Made by a program: the position numbers and the translations under genes. The notes beneath the pieces were generated by a model. That model saw only the letters and a program-made list of their open reading frames with translations, was not told the DNA's origin and made no database searches. From Promethearchaeota archaeon (lineage in GTDB: Archaea > Asgardarchaeota > Lokiarchaeia > Sigyniarchaeales > SOKP01), in the NCBI GenBank assembly GCA_019058445.1, contig JAHPZA010000004.1:224001-288000 (forward strand): 64,000 bases of DNA. The letters are read 5' to 3'. Position 1 is the first letter of the stretch; the number at the start of each line of letters is the position of its first letter. Positions 25,768-36,696 of this stretch are shown here, in pieces.

Positions 25768-27300
25768 ATGGTAAAACTCAATTGGAATACTAAAATCCCA
25801 CCTGACATAAATAAACTAAAAACCCAAAATTTTGAACCGTTACTAATAGTTGAAAAATTAGGTTCTCCTATAAATGAGAAGGTTGAGAGTAGTAGGCAAG
25901 TAAAAAGTTCGGGAATAATAAGAGATTGGTATAACCAACTGATTTGGGGAGATAATATTTCAGTTATGAGTTCATTAGTAAAACAATTTGCTGGAAAAAT
26001 TAACCTGATATATATCGATCCCCCATTTGCTACAGGGGGAGATTTTAATTTAAAAGTTCAGATTGGTGAAAAGGATCATTCCAAAAAACATGCTTTATTA
26101 AATCAAAAAGCTTATAGTGATAATTGGAAAGAAGGCCTTGAATTTTACCTAAATTTTATGTACCAAAGACTCTGGTTAATGAAAGAATTATTATCTGATA
26201 AAGGATCTATTTATGTTCATTTAGATTGGCATGTAGGTCATTATATTAAAATACTTATGGATGAGATTTTTGGTGCAGACAATTTTCGAAATGAAATAAT
26301 TTGGGCATATCCCGCGGCATCAGTCAAAACAAGGAATTTTTTTATTCGCTCTTTTGATATTATCTTATTTTATACAAAATCAGAAAATTATGTGTTTAAT
26401 GACGATCCGAAAATCTATATGGAATATTCAGAGAGAGTGAAAAATGCTCTTAAAAGAGATGAAAAAGGGATTTACTACTATCGTGGAGGGAGCCATAATG
26501 GAAAAAAACTATCGAGAAAAGTATATATTACTCATAATGGAATCTTCCCTCGGGACGTTTGGAACGATATTCCTTATATTCGAGCAAATACTAAAGAGTA
26601 TCAGGGCTTTTCGACACAAAAACCAGAATTATTGTTGAAAAGAATAATTTTAGCTTCATCTAATGAACATGACATTGTAGCAGACTTTTTCTGCGGTTCA
26701 GGAACGACACTGGCCGTTGCTGAAAAATTACAAAGACGTTGGATTGGATGTGATGTAACAAAACACGCTATTCATATTGTTAAAAAAAGAATACTCGATA
26801 TCTCTAATAGTAAGAGCCTAATTAAAAAGAAAAATAAATATAATAAAGTGTATCAACCCTTCAAAACTTTACAAACTAAAGTTCCTATCAATCATCAAAG
26901 AATCCCCCAAGATTTTTTGCAAAGAAAAATTCAGAATTCAATTGAACTTAACATTTTAGATAATCCTGAATTTTCTGTTGATATTAAAATTAAAAACAAA
27001 GAAGTAATAATTGAAATGCAAGACTATATTATTCCTCATATAGACTTAATTTCTGAAAATGTAAAAACACAAGTAAAGCGTTTTTCTGATTGGATAGATT
27101 TTTGGGCTATAGATTTTAATCATATTCCTGAAATGTTTAATACTTTATGGGTATCATTCAGAACACCAAAAAATAGGGAATTGAAACTTATTTCTAGCCC
27201 CTATATTTATGAAAATTCGGGAACTTACACTATTTCTATAAAAGTGATTGATATCTTGGGAACGGAATCTATTCAAAATTACGAGATTCTTATTAAATAA
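25768..27300 (+). CDS. Orphan N6-adenine/N4-cytosine DNA methyltransferase (beta class, Mod-like)
   Basis: IYIDPPF motif IV precedes TQKPE and DFFCGSGTT motif I; C-terminal IDFWAIDF...KVIDILG domain; no restriction gene adjacent. Confidence 0.9.
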   Translation: MVKLNWNTKIPPDINKLKTQNFEPLLIVEKLGSPINEKVESSRQVKSSGIIRDWYNQLIWGDNISVMSSLVKQFAGKINLIYIDPPFATGGDFNLKVQIGEKDHSKKHALLNQKAYSDNWKEGLEFYLNFMYQRLWLMKELLSDKGSIYVHLDWHVGHYIKILMDEIFGADNFRNEIIWAYPAASVKTRNFFIRSFDIILFYTKSENYVFNDDPKIYMEYSERVKNALKRDEKGIYYYRGGSHNGKKLSRKVYITHNGIFPRDVWNDIPYIRANTKEYQGFSTQKPELLLKRIILASSNEHDIVADFFCGSGTTLAVAEKLQRRWIGCDVTKHAIHIVKKRILDISNSKSLIKKKNKYNKVYQPFKTLQTKVPINHQRIPQDFLQRKIQNSIELNILDNPEFSVDIKIKNKEVIIEMQDYIIPHIDLISENVKTQVKRFSDWIDFWAIDFNHIPEMFNTLWVSFRTPKNRELKLISSPYIYENSGTYTISIKVIDILGTESIQNYEILIK

Positions 27301-28707
27301 CTATTTCATAAATTCCCTCAGAAACATGGTTGCATAGGCTCCTTTAATGAGGGAAAATTCGATTTTCAATTTTTTACGTCCCGGAAAAAGCTGATCATCT
27401 TTTATTTCGAGAATTTTAAAACCTACAGGTTTCGTTGTCATAGCTCGAAAAGAACCTTTATATTCAAATTGATATAATAAATTGCTTTTAAAAATATTAA
27501 GATCAATTTCCTCCTTTTTTATGACTTCATCAAATAAAGTTTTAAATAAGGGAAAATCATTCAAATCTGTTTCATATCCCACAATAGGGACAACTATTAC
27601 TGCTCGATTTAGCTTCATTGCTTTTTCTAAATATTCATCATATCGCCCATTAAGAGCGTCATATACATATTTTATCTGAGTAATATGGCCATTATCATCA
27701 TCCAGTATGCTAATTGTATCTCCTTTGACAGGTGTTAACAGAGAAATTCCTTTTTGTGCTCGTAATGAAATCATTTTATTAAATACAAATGACTGGAAGG
27801 CGCTTATTAGTAAATTTTTTAAGTCTAAGGATATCAAATCGAAACATCCTTTATAATCATTTGGATGACCTATTAGATGTTTAATCATTACTCTTTCATA
27901 ATGGAGACTTTTCGGAAACGCATTATAAGTTTTTTCAAGATCATTCGTTTTTGTTAAAACACTCCGAATATTCTGTATGTTTTTGCTTTCAGTAGAATAG
28001 ATGGTAGATACATATTCTTCAAACGCCTTTTTAAAATTTTCCTCTAATAAATACCGTCCAACTAAGTGAGAATTTGGTCTATATTTCCCAAATCTTTGAA
28101 GACCAAAATAATTCAGAAAACCTTTTTTAGCTAACTCATTACCTAAATTTTCAATAGTTTTCTGAAGGTCTTTTTTATCTTCAATGTTTCTTAAAGTAAT
28201 TGTAAAATTGTTTCCCCAATTACCTCCCAGTTTTACTGGTTTCCTTGTTGGTCTAATGTGCCGTATAAAAGAATCCCGAATTTTTAGTTTTTTTAATTCC
28301 TTCACATAATTTCCTTTGATAGATACTTTTTGGACGCTAATTGAACGCCTATCTTTTAATCCAGAATATTGTATGGAACTAGGAGAAATATTTAAAGCAT
28401 CGCCAATTTCTCTTATCGCTTCAAAGGTGTCTTTTTTAACTTTAACCAAATTAAAAGTCGTAAATTTATCTTTTTGCTCTTTAGAAAAGGATTCAGTATA
28501 ATAATCCTCCTTTATTTCAAGAATGCGCCCATTATCTAGTATTTCTTTGACAATAAAATCTTTAAAGTTATGTTTGTATATTCCTTTGATCCCTTCGATA
28601 TTCGGAGTAAGATATGCGTCTATACCTACGAATTGTTCTATGGTTCTCTTACCATTGATTAAATCATGATGATTAATATCGTCCATCTTAATCAGTCTAA
28701 TTTCCAA
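27301..28707 (-). CDS. truD: tRNA pseudouridine(13) synthase TruD
   Basis: DFIVKE, SGLKDRRSISVQ catalytic Asp motif, GNNFTITLR, NYFGLQRFG, SAFQS, FSLIKGAYAT. Confidence 0.93.
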   Translation of the reverse strand: MEIRLIKMDDINHHDLINGKRTIEQFVGIDAYLTPNIEGIKGIYKHNFKDFIVKEILDNGRILEIKEDYYTESFSKEQKDKFTTFNLVKVKKDTFEAIREIGDALNISPSSIQYSGLKDRRSISVQKVSIKGNYVKELKKLKIRDSFIRHIRPTRKPVKLGGNWGNNFTITLRNIEDKKDLQKTIENLGNELAKKGFLNYFGLQRFGKYRPNSHLVGRYLLEENFKKAFEEYVSTIYSTESKNIQNIRSVLTKTNDLEKTYNAFPKSLHYERVMIKHLIGHPNDYKGCFDLISLDLKNLLISAFQSFVFNKMISLRAQKGISLLTPVKGDTISILDDDNGHITQIKYVYDALNGRYDEYLEKAMKLNRAVIVVPIVGYETDLNDFPLFKTLFDEVIKKEEIDLNIFKSNLLYQFEYKGSFRAMTTKPVGFKILEIKDDQLFPGRKKLKIEFSLIKGAYATMFLREFMK

Positions 28708-28731
28708 AATGATGCTTTATAACAATTATCT

Positions 28732-29088
28732 TTATAATAATTTTAGATCTCCAGTTATCTTATCTATTTCTGTTGATGACGCAGGTCCAATCCCCAGAGC
28801 TGTGGTAGTTCCGGGGGCAAGTTGAGTTAAGCCAGCATCTTTTACTAAAAAGCAATGAAGGTTTTGTTTTTGAAGTGTGACATAAAGATCGTGTAATTGT
28901 TCTTTACTAGTGACTTTTAACACTACTTTTTTCTGTCCTGTATTCTTCCATAGCTTCCACACATTTTTATCCTGTACGTGGACTATGTCAGAGGCGGAAA
29001 GACTCGCATGACAAGCTTGAGCACACTTTTTTCCGGTACTCATTCCCAAATCTGTTCTAATAAGAATCACTTGCTTATATTCGGGCAT
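28732..29088 (-). CDS. pth2: Peptidyl-tRNA hydrolase Pth2
   Basis: [41 protein letters not shown]. Confidence 0.95.
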   Translation of the reverse strand: MPEYKQVILIRTDLGMSTGKKCAQACHASLSASDIVHVQDKNVWKLWKNTGQKKVVLKVTSKEQLHDLYVTLQKQNLHCFLVKDAGLTQLAPGTTTALGIGPASSTEIDKITGDLKLL

Positions 29089-29134
29089 AACTTTTTACCT
29101 ACTAAAAGATTAAAAAATCAGGTACATATTTTTG

Positions 29135-29647
29135 CTAGGCAAATTCAATTCTGGTAACATTACCTGTTAATTCTAAAACTAAATCCTCAAGTTCTTCCTT
29201 GGTAAATAAAATTTTATCCTTATCAGATTTACGGAGAATTCCTTTAAATTCTATATCTCCAGTTGCCAAAAATATCTCATTGAGAGAGATTACTTTTGCG
29301 GGAGAAATAAGACCCTCTATTACCGCTCTCGGCTTATTTGTTTTTTCTATTAAAAGTATTTGATCTATTTCATATGTTTCCTTAATCCAAGTTAATAACT
29401 CTTTACTTATTCTAATTTTATCTTTTTTATCGACCACAAGAATAACAACATCTTCAAAATCAATCGCTTTATAGAAAGAGATATCTCTTAGAAAGTCAAA
29501 TCTACCGTCACGTTCTTCTAACTCTAGCAAGTCTTTTGCTAAATCGAGTTCGAATTCAGTAATTTCTCCCTCATCAAGTTTCTTTTGACAACTATTGCAT
29601 AAAAATCCGGAACTCACGCATGTTTTACACGCTGGAAGATTTTTCAT
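29135..29647 (-). CDS. Archaeal NusA-like protein with N-terminal CxxC..CxxC
   Basis: MKNLPACKTCVSSGFLCNSCQKKL, degenerate KH regions; conserved neighbourhood with pth2/truD. Confidence 0.7.
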   Translation of the reverse strand: MKNLPACKTCVSSGFLCNSCQKKLDEGEITEFELDLAKDLLELEERDGRFDFLRDISFYKAIDFEDVVILVVDKKDKIRISKELLTWIKETYEIDQILLIEKTNKPRAVIEGLISPAKVISLNEIFLATGDIEFKGILRKSDKDKILFTKEELEDLVLELTGNVTRIEFA

Positions 29648-29687
29648 TAATTTGATACCAAATACTATTTTACGTATTGAATTTCCA

Positions 29688-29882
29688 TTATAATTCTATT
29701 ACTTCACAAGTTATCTGTCTTAAAAGATTTTCAGCAGAGTCGGGAGAAGTTTTTAAGGTGAAAAGCGTTTTTTTTGTTCTTAATTTCAATTTCACCGTGT
29801 CTTTTGTGCGTTTTACTCTACAATGCACCGCAAATTCTGCTAATTCTAGAAATTTTTCCTCATCAAATATTTCTCTTGGCAA
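29688..29882 (-). CDS. rpl38e: Large-subunit ribosomal protein eL38
   Basis: MPREI..FLELA..CRVK..VKLKLRTKKTLFTLK. Confidence 0.9.
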   Translation of the reverse strand: MPREIFDEEKFLELAEFAVHCRVKRTKDTVKLKLRTKKTLFTLKTSPDSAENLLRQITCEVIEL

Positions 29883-30059
29883 CCGTTATCAATTCTTTTC
29901 TGTTTTGTAAGATCTATTAATTATAGAATTTTAATTTTATGATGTAAGACTATTATCTATCCAAAATTTTATTTTGAATCATTGTTTTTCCTTATTATTC
30001 TACATTTAATTTTATTAATTTTACTTTTTAGAAAAATAAAAAATTAGGAATGATGAATA

Positions 30060-30224
30060 ATGGCCCCCATCGATGATCCTGTGAAAAGGAAGATTGCCAG
30101 ATATCACTTATTAGAAAAGAGTGTTTGTAGAAGGTGCGGAGCCCTCAATCCAATTAAAGCAACTAAATGTCGAAGATGTCACAGTAAGGATTTACGGCCA
30201 AAAAAGAGAGAGTTAACGAAATAA
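30060..30224 (+). CDS. rpl40e: Large-subunit ribosomal protein eL40 (stand-alone, no ubiquitin fusion)
   Basis: Not in ORF track: [54 protein letters not shown]. Confidence 0.95.
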   Translation: MAPIDDPVKRKIARYHLLEKSVCRRCGALNPIKATKCRRCHSKDLRPKKRELTK

Positions 30225-30299
30225 TTCAAAATAAAGAAATTTTACTCATTTTTAATTTAAAGTTTAATAAGATTTTATTATAATATGCACTACTTATTT

Positions 30300-31751
30300 T
30301 TAGGTATCTGAAGCCAACTCTTCTAAAACTGCGGGTGCAATATCTAATATTTCCTCATTTATTTCTATTTGCCGTAAGAATAGTAAGCTAACTAGATAAA
30401 AAATACCCATAGATGCTAAAGATAAGGTAATTATTATTGAATTCTCTTCATTTGGTCCCGAAAGAATGAAACCTATCATAATTGAAGCAATCCCGCCCGC
30501 AATTGAGAATACAAAATTATTTAATCCGAAATATGCCCCCGAAATTTCTGAGACCCCTTTATCTAAATCTGCGTTATCATTTTTTCCGGCAGATTCATAA
30601 ATTATAGCACTTGCTAGAGGACCCGAGAATAAATTGAATGCATATATAGAACCTAAGACAGTGCCCATAGTAACTACAAATAAAATTACTTTTAACTCAA
30701 AAGGAAGGAAAGGATATAAAAAGATAAGATCTAAAAATGAAGCAATTAAGGAAGCCATAACACAGAGTGAGTAGGTCTTTACCAACTTATGTTTTTCGAG
30801 GACTTTTTTCCAAATGTAATACCATCCAAATTTGCAGGTAAATGATACTATAATATAAATAAAATACAATGTCCCTCGAAATTTTAGGGTATAGGTTAAA
30901 AAAGGAAAAATTAATATTCCTAAAAATGTTCCCGCCATACTCGTGAAAAAACCCATCAATAATAACTTTCTAAATTTCTTATCTTGGGCGGGTACCGTCA
31001 TTTGACGAAATGTCTCGAAAATTGATTTTTTTTTCATTTCTAAATCTTTAATCCTGTCATGAAAACTTTCATCGACAGAAAAAAAAGTAATAATTATTGA
31101 AACTAATCCAAAAATGGCAATTGTTCCACCTACTATTGGAATATAAAATAGAATCACTTTTCCTGAAGGTTCCCACCATTTTACATTTTCAGGATCTTTC
31201 AAGAGACTCTGGACCGTTAAAGGCAACAGCAGCGATATCCCTGAAGCAAGGATCGATAAAATTGTGGTCATAGAAGCTACTTTTTTTCTATTTATGTGAG
31301 TTTGGGATTGTTCTGGTAACATAGAGGCATATACGCTTAAGATACACATCCCTGAAAATGCATTTAAAATTAAATTTACCCAAAGCCATAAAGCTGTAGG
31401 CCAATATAGAGATTTTGTCTCAGGACAATACCAAGGGGGCAACCATATTAAGATACAAGTTGCCACCCATACAGGTAATCCATAAAATAAAAAAGGACGT
31501 CTTTTCCCTAGTTTTCCCGGTTTTTTATTATCTGCTAAAACGCCAAAAATAATAGATGAGATTGCTGCTATAAATAATCGGATAGCAATGCCTATTGAAA
31601 CTAAAATTGAGCTTAAATTAATCGTATACACATAATACTGAAATAGAAAAACACCTCTAAACACATCAGTCAAAATGAACCCAAAATAACCTATACAATA
31701 TCCAACAAGGCGACCTCGATGTAGTTCACGTGGTCTACGAGGTAAGCTCAT
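30300..31751 (-). CDS. MFS transporter, GPH/MelB-like
   Basis: FGVLADN...GKRRPFL motif, about 12 TM, SGAYFG. Confidence 0.88.
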   Translation of the reverse strand: MSLPRRPRELHRGRLVGYCIGYFGFILTDVFRGVFLFQYYVYTINLSSILVSIGIAIRLFIAAISSIIFGVLADNKKPGKLGKRRPFLFYGLPVWVATCILIWLPPWYCPETKSLYWPTALWLWVNLILNAFSGMCILSVYASMLPEQSQTHINRKKVASMTTILSILASGISLLLPLTVQSLLKDPENVKWWEPSGKVILFYIPIVGGTIAIFGLVSIIITFFSVDESFHDRIKDLEMKKKSIFETFRQMTVPAQDKKFRKLLLMGFFTSMAGTFLGILIFPFLTYTLKFRGTLYFIYIIVSFTCKFGWYYIWKKVLEKHKLVKTYSLCVMASLIASFLDLIFLYPFLPFELKVILFVVTMGTVLGSIYAFNLFSGPLASAIIYESAGKNDNADLDKGVSEISGAYFGLNNFVFSIAGGIASIMIGFILSGPNEENSIIITLSLASMGIFYLVSLLFLRQIEINEEILDIAPAVLEELASDT

Positions 31752-31937
31752 GATCTTGTAAAGAAATGATATGAGATTAATTTTATTATTTTCGAGAAAA
31801 CGCGATAATTGTTAATAGAATTAAATATAATCAAAAAAAGAAAACTTTTTAATTTTTCCTATATAAAGATCTCTAAATCATAATTATGTTTAAAATTAAA
31901 ATTAAAACTATACAAAATTTAAACAGAGTGAAAAAAT

Positions 31938-33620
31938 ATGGCACAATTAGGTGGAACACCAGTATTAATCATGAAAGAGGGAACCCAAAGAACTCGTGGC
32001 AAAGATGCTATGGAAAACAATATCGCTGCAGCCATTGTGATTGCTGAAGCAGTAAGAACATCACTTGGACCTCGTGGAATGGATAAAATGTTAGTAGATC
32101 AATTCGGTGATGTGGTAATTACCAATGATGGAGCTACCATATTAAAAGAAATTGATGTGCAACATCCTGCTGCAAAAATGATGGTTGAAGTCGCGAAAAC
32201 TCAAGACTCTGAAGTAGGCGATGGTACTACTACTTCTGTCATCCTCACCGGAGAATTACTCAAGAGGGCTAAAAAGCTCCTTGAACAAAAAATTCATCCA
32301 ACAGTCATTACAGAAGGATTCAGAAAAGCTGCTGAAAAAGCAGTAGAAATTCTTGATAACATGTCAATTAAAAGTGGTATTGAGGATAAAGAAGGGCTAA
32401 AAAACGCTGCTATGACCTGCATGGGATCGAAAATAGTATCCGAAAGCAAGGATGAGCTTGCTGAATTATGTATTGGCGCCATTGAAGCCATCGCTGAGCA
32501 AGTTAATGGTAAATGGACAGCTGACATAGATAAAGTTCAAATCCAAAAGAAAGAAGGAGACAGCATCGATGATACCAAACTCATCAAAGGTATTATCTTA
32601 GATAAAGAAGTCGTTAGCCCAGGAATGCCTAAGACCGTAAAAGATGCGAAAATTCTTTTAATCCAGACTGCCTTAGAAATTGAAAAAACTGAATTTGACA
32701 CGAAGCTACAAATTACCAGCCCAGAACAAATTCAGCAATTTCTTAACGAGGAAGAACGAATGCTTCGAGTAATGGTCGAGAAAATCGTAAATTCTGGTGC
32801 GAATGTGGTCATTTGTCAAAAGGGAATTGATGACATGGCTCAACATTTCTTAACAAAAGCTGGCGTTTTAGCAGTTCGCAGGGTTAAAAAATCTGACCTT
32901 GAAAAACTTTCCAAAGCAACAGGTGGAATGATTTACACTGATTTTGATGACATTACCGCAGACAAGCTCGGATATGCGGGCTTGGTAGAAGAACGCAAAA
33001 TCATGAGCGATAGCTGGATATTCATTGAAGAATGCAAAGATCCTAAATCCGTGGTCATCTTAATTAGAGGTGGAACTGAACTCATCATTGATGAGGTAGA
33101 CAGGTCCCTTCATGACGCATTATGCGTAATAAGAGATGTAGTGGAAGATCAAAAGATTGTTGGCGGTGGTGGAGCTCCTGAGCTCGAAACTGCAATTCAA
33201 TTAAGAGAGTATGCCTCAACACTAGGCGGGCGAGAACAGTTAGCCGTAGAAATCTTCGCGGATGCCTTAGATATTATTCCTAAAACTCTCGCAGAAAACG
33301 CAGGATTAGACCAAATTGATATTTTGATGCAGCTAAGAGCAGCACATCAAAAAGGAAATAAATTTGCAGGATTCGATCTCGAAACGGGTCAAGTCGTCAA
33401 TGATATCATGACCATTAAAGTCGTAGAACCTACTGCAGTAAAAGTTCAAGCAGTTAAGAGTTCTGTCGAAGCAGCTTCCATGATTTTACGCATCGATGAC
33501 GTGATCGCAGGAGCTAAATCTGCAATGCCTCCAATGCCTCCAGGAGGGATGCCTCCAGGGATGGGAGGCGGTATGGGGATGCCTCCTGGTATGGGAGGAG
33601 GGATGCCTCCAATGTATTAA
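31938..33620 (+). CDS. ths: Thermosome (group II chaperonin) subunit
   Basis: [34 protein letters not shown]; GGM/PPM-rich tail. Confidence 0.97.
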   Translation: MAQLGGTPVLIMKEGTQRTRGKDAMENNIAAAIVIAEAVRTSLGPRGMDKMLVDQFGDVVITNDGATILKEIDVQHPAAKMMVEVAKTQDSEVGDGTTTSVILTGELLKRAKKLLEQKIHPTVITEGFRKAAEKAVEILDNMSIKSGIEDKEGLKNAAMTCMGSKIVSESKDELAELCIGAIEAIAEQVNGKWTADIDKVQIQKKEGDSIDDTKLIKGIILDKEVVSPGMPKTVKDAKILLIQTALEIEKTEFDTKLQITSPEQIQQFLNEEERMLRVMVEKIVNSGANVVICQKGIDDMAQHFLTKAGVLAVRRVKKSDLEKLSKATGGMIYTDFDDITADKLGYAGLVEERKIMSDSWIFIEECKDPKSVVILIRGGTELIIDEVDRSLHDALCVIRDVVEDQKIVGGGGAPELETAIQLREYASTLGGREQLAVEIFADALDIIPKTLAENAGLDQIDILMQLRAAHQKGNKFAGFDLETGQVVNDIMTIKVVEPTAVKVQAVKSSVEAASMILRIDDVIAGAKSAMPPMPPGGMPPGMGGGMGMPPGMGGGMPPMY

Positions 33621-33627
33621 TTTAATT

Positions 33628-33662
33628 CTTTTTTTTTATTCTTTTTTATTTATTTTTAATTT
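33628..33662 (+). terminator. T-rich terminator after thermosome
   Basis: Several long T runs immediately after the stop codon. Confidence 0.55.
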
Positions 33663-34258
33663 TATAAAAGATTATATTACTAATCTTTGAAGAAATTTTA
33701 GTTTTAAATAAAGAGAAAAAATGTTGATTTAATTTTATATTTTATTTTTAGAAATTTAAATTAATGAACTATGAAAGTCATGTTTCATAGAGGTACAAAA
33801 AACAAGAGGAGTCGTGAATTGGGGGTAATGATAGGAGCTAACTGAGAAGTGATGCTTATTGAACTTTTAATTATCATATAAAATCTTTAATTTGGATATT
33901 TTGTCAATAGAAATATCATAGTTATTATTTAAACTCTTATCAAAAATGGATTGATTATAAGATTTATGACACATTTGGTTTTTCAAACTAGTTTATATTT
34001 TGTCTTAAAGCTTTTTAAAAGTTTCTAAAATAAGAGCTTCTTTAAATATCTTCCTAAAAATAAATTATCAGCTATTATATAAAATTGTGGCAAAAAACTT
34101 AATTGAATAGCGATTTTCTCTGGTCTTTTTTGAGTTTATAGAGATAATGTATGGGCTTTCTCATTAAGTCTTTTACTTATTTGAAAAAAATGTAGGAGAA
34201 TGAGATATTTTTTTACAAAAACATAAAAATTTAAATTAAACCTCAAAAATTAATAATT

Positions 34259-34573
34259 ATGCCATGGAAATTCCAAAAACCACATAATATATTCTACGTA
34301 TTAATTTTAGGAGTAGTTATTGCGTTAATAGGATTTGCGATACCTGATCAAAATGTGACTACTATACTCTATATTATCGCCGCACTTTTTATTGGGGTTG
34401 ATGCAAGAGATACGGAGGGGGAGAACAAGTTACTTGCTATGATTGCGGCAGGGATTATGATTGTTATTTGTGCAGTCTTAAGTCTTTTTTTATATCCGAG
34501 TGATTGGAATAACTTCTATCAATTCTGTATCTTTGCGGGCGAGATTGTTGGAATTGAAACTCCTAAACCCTGA
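34259..34573 (+). CDS. Small hypothetical membrane protein
   Basis: 104 aa, 3-4 hydrophobic helices. Confidence 0.7.
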   Translation: MPWKFQKPHNIFYVLILGVVIALIGFAIPDQNVTTILYIIAALFIGVDARDTEGENKLLAMIAAGIMIVICAVLSLFLYPSDWNNFYQFCIFAGEIVGIETPKP

Positions 34574-34764
34574 AAAACCAAATTTAAAAATTTCGTTTTA
34601 TTTTTCTTTATTTCTTTTTTATGATTTAGTAGTGCTAACTAGGTGTATATTTTCCATCCTTAAATCTTCAATTTGAAGAGGAGGGTCAATACAATGAACT
34701 TAAGATTCAAAAATAATTAAATGGGATTAAAAAATTTATTAATAGGTTTAGTGTAGATAATATT

Positions 34765-34929
34765 ATGGCTACTTATGTGAAATGCACCATATGCGGTAAA
34801 ATGTTTGAATCTCGATTAGCAAAAGTTATGAAGTTAGGGGCCAATATCCTTATCGAAGATAACCACGAAGTATGCCCATATTGTCATCAAAGAACTGTAG
34901 TGAGTGAAAAAACCATCGTCAGTAAGTAA
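34765..34929 (+). CDS. Small Zn-ribbon protein (54 aa)
   Basis: Not in ORF track: MATYVKCTICGKMFESRLAKVMKLGANILIEDNHEVCPYCHQRTVVSEKTIVSK; CxxCG and CPxC. Confidence 0.75.
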   Translation: MATYVKCTICGKMFESRLAKVMKLGANILIEDNHEVCPYCHQRTVVSEKTIVSK

Positions 34930-34950
34930 GCTTCTAAAAAATAAAAAGAT

Positions 34951-35259
34951 TTAAAGTTTTCTATCCGAAATCGATTTATAATCTCTTCTTTTTGTTTTAA
35001 ACGGCTTTTCTGGTCGATTAAAAAAGCACTCTGGACAGTATGGAGAGAGTATGGGATCTTTCCATAGTTCCAGTGCTCTTGTGGTGGTTAGGGAGGGATG
35101 ATTTCTACAGAAATCCTGGAAGGTTAGCACATTACCACAATCAAAGCATTGTCTCGCAGGGATATTTTCATTGTTCACCACTGTTGGTATGAGAGGGATT
35201 TTATGAAGATATCCCTTTACAATAATGTACTCATGAACGTCTTTATTACTATCTTGCAT
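34951..35259 (-). CDS. Small Zn-finger protein
   Basis: CFDCG...LWKDP...YCPECF. Confidence 0.7.
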   Translation of the reverse strand: MQDSNKDVHEYIIVKGYLHKIPLIPTVVNNENIPARQCFDCGNVLTFQDFCRNHPSLTTTRALELWKDPILSPYCPECFFNRPEKPFKTKRRDYKSISDRKL

Positions 35260-35433
35260 GAATCTATGCGAGAGAATTTTAGGTTTTAAGATTCAACAGA
35301 CTCTTAAATTTTAAGTTTTCTTCTTATTCCTTCATGAATATTTGTTTTTTTGGTGGTTGCTTTATTTTTTCTTTTTAAACTTTCAATAAAATTTATACTT
35401 TAAAAAGTAATAGTCTTTAGAGAGAGATTTTCT

Positions 35434-35973
35434 TTGAGTGTAAAACGGGTAAAAAGGGATTTGAGTATAAAAAGAGAAGTTTGGAAAGAATTACACGAAT
35501 TAACGGATTTACAAAAACAAACGACAGAGCAGACTCTTATGCTTTTAACGGAAACCAAGCAGTATCTTGACTTCGAGGCAAATCATGGATTAGATGAGAA
35601 ATCTTATAGAGAGCGATTAAAAATCCTTATTAATATGGGGATTATCTATTACTATGCTTTGTATGAAGGATTCACGAGGTTTGTTTTTAAAAAGATGAGA
35701 GCTTATGAATTAGACATTTCCGAAGATAGAGTTAATGATAGAGATTTTACACTTCACAAAATAATTACATATATGAAGTCCCGGTACAAGATTTATTTAG
35801 AGGAGGAGATGTTCAGTGTTATAATAAAGCTAAAAGAGGCTCGACATGATATTGCCCATGGAGTGGGAGATGCGAAACCGGATTTTGACATTATTCTTAT
35901 ATGCCATTCGCAGATCGTGGAATATTTTGACTTTATCCTGCATGAAATGGCTAAAATTTTGAATTTTATTTAA
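35434..35973 (+). CDS. HEPN-domain protein (putative RNase)
   Basis: N-terminal helix YYYALYEGF with conserved E, and C-terminal RHDIAHG (Rx4H) motif. Confidence 0.7.
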   Translation: MSVKRVKRDLSIKREVWKELHELTDLQKQTTEQTLMLLTETKQYLDFEANHGLDEKSYRERLKILINMGIIYYYALYEGFTRFVFKKMRAYELDISEDRVNDRDFTLHKIITYMKSRYKIYLEEEMFSVIIKLKEARHDIAHGVGDAKPDFDIILICHSQIVEYFDFILHEMAKILNFI

Positions 35974-36067
35974 TGTAATAGAAAAGAATGCGATTTCAGT
36001 TTGATTTATAGAACAATTTAGAGCTACTATAAATAATCGAGGTTTAGAAACTAGAGAGTTTATTAAA

Positions 36068-36439
36068 CTATGAGAATTTATTTTGAAGGAACGTATAGAG
36101 CGTTTCATACACTAATTTAAATAGAGAGGGCAAACTCATATAGAATTCCAATCGTTCTTCTTTCGATTTGAGCAATGTTAAGTTGGTGGTTAACAACCGT
36201 ATCATAATGGATAAAAGCAGTCGTTGTTCCGAGATATTATATCGCGAAACTTCCTTCTTTTCTTGTTTTAATCTATCAATATCTTTGGAAGGGAGCTCGT
36301 GAGCCAGATTATCTATGGTCAAGTCATCTTGATGGATCATTAATAAAATATGTTGAGCTTTATCAATAATATCAAGGGGAACATCAGAGGTATGAAGCAA
36401 TTCATATAATTTTTCAATAATATTGTCTCTAAGGCTCAT
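36068..36439 (-). CDS. Hypothetical helical protein
   Basis: 123-aa ORF, no motif recognised. Confidence 0.6.
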   Translation of the reverse strand: MSLRDNIIEKLYELLHTSDVPLDIIDKAQHILLMIHQDDLTIDNLAHELPSKDIDRLKQEKKEVSRYNISEQRLLLSIMIRLLTTNLTLLKSKEERLEFYMSLPSLFKLVYETLYTFLQNKFS

Positions 36440-36696
36440 TTTCTCAGGGTATTATCTCTGAGTATTACAATACTAAGTGTATCAATAATTATTACCCAGC
36501 TATTCATTTTATATTTTTTTTTTATTTTTAATTAATAGAAGTAAAGCAGGATTTCAATACTGTTAGCTTTATAAATTTAAATCTATAATTTTTACTAATA
36601 CCTTTTATAGAGCCAAGTATTATTCGTGTTTATTTAAAATAATAAACTGACGAAAAACAAAAAAAAAGTTGTTTGAATTAGTATACTTTAAGAAAG

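Noticed and set aside
33764-33792. SECIS-like hairpin (ATGAA-CTATGAAA...TTTCATAG) downstream of the thermosome
   Set aside because: The 3' GA of the kink-turn core is out of register, the stem is short, and no neighbouring gene has an in-frame TGA.
33828-33856. C/D-box-like words (ATGATA, CTGA, GTGATG)
   Set aside because: Guide spacing is too short and there is no terminal D box.
34159-34205. Hairpin TCTCAT..TCTTTTAC/GTAGGAGA.ATGAGA upstream of 34259
   Set aside because: Isolated stem relying on G-U pairs, with no supporting promoter/terminator frame.
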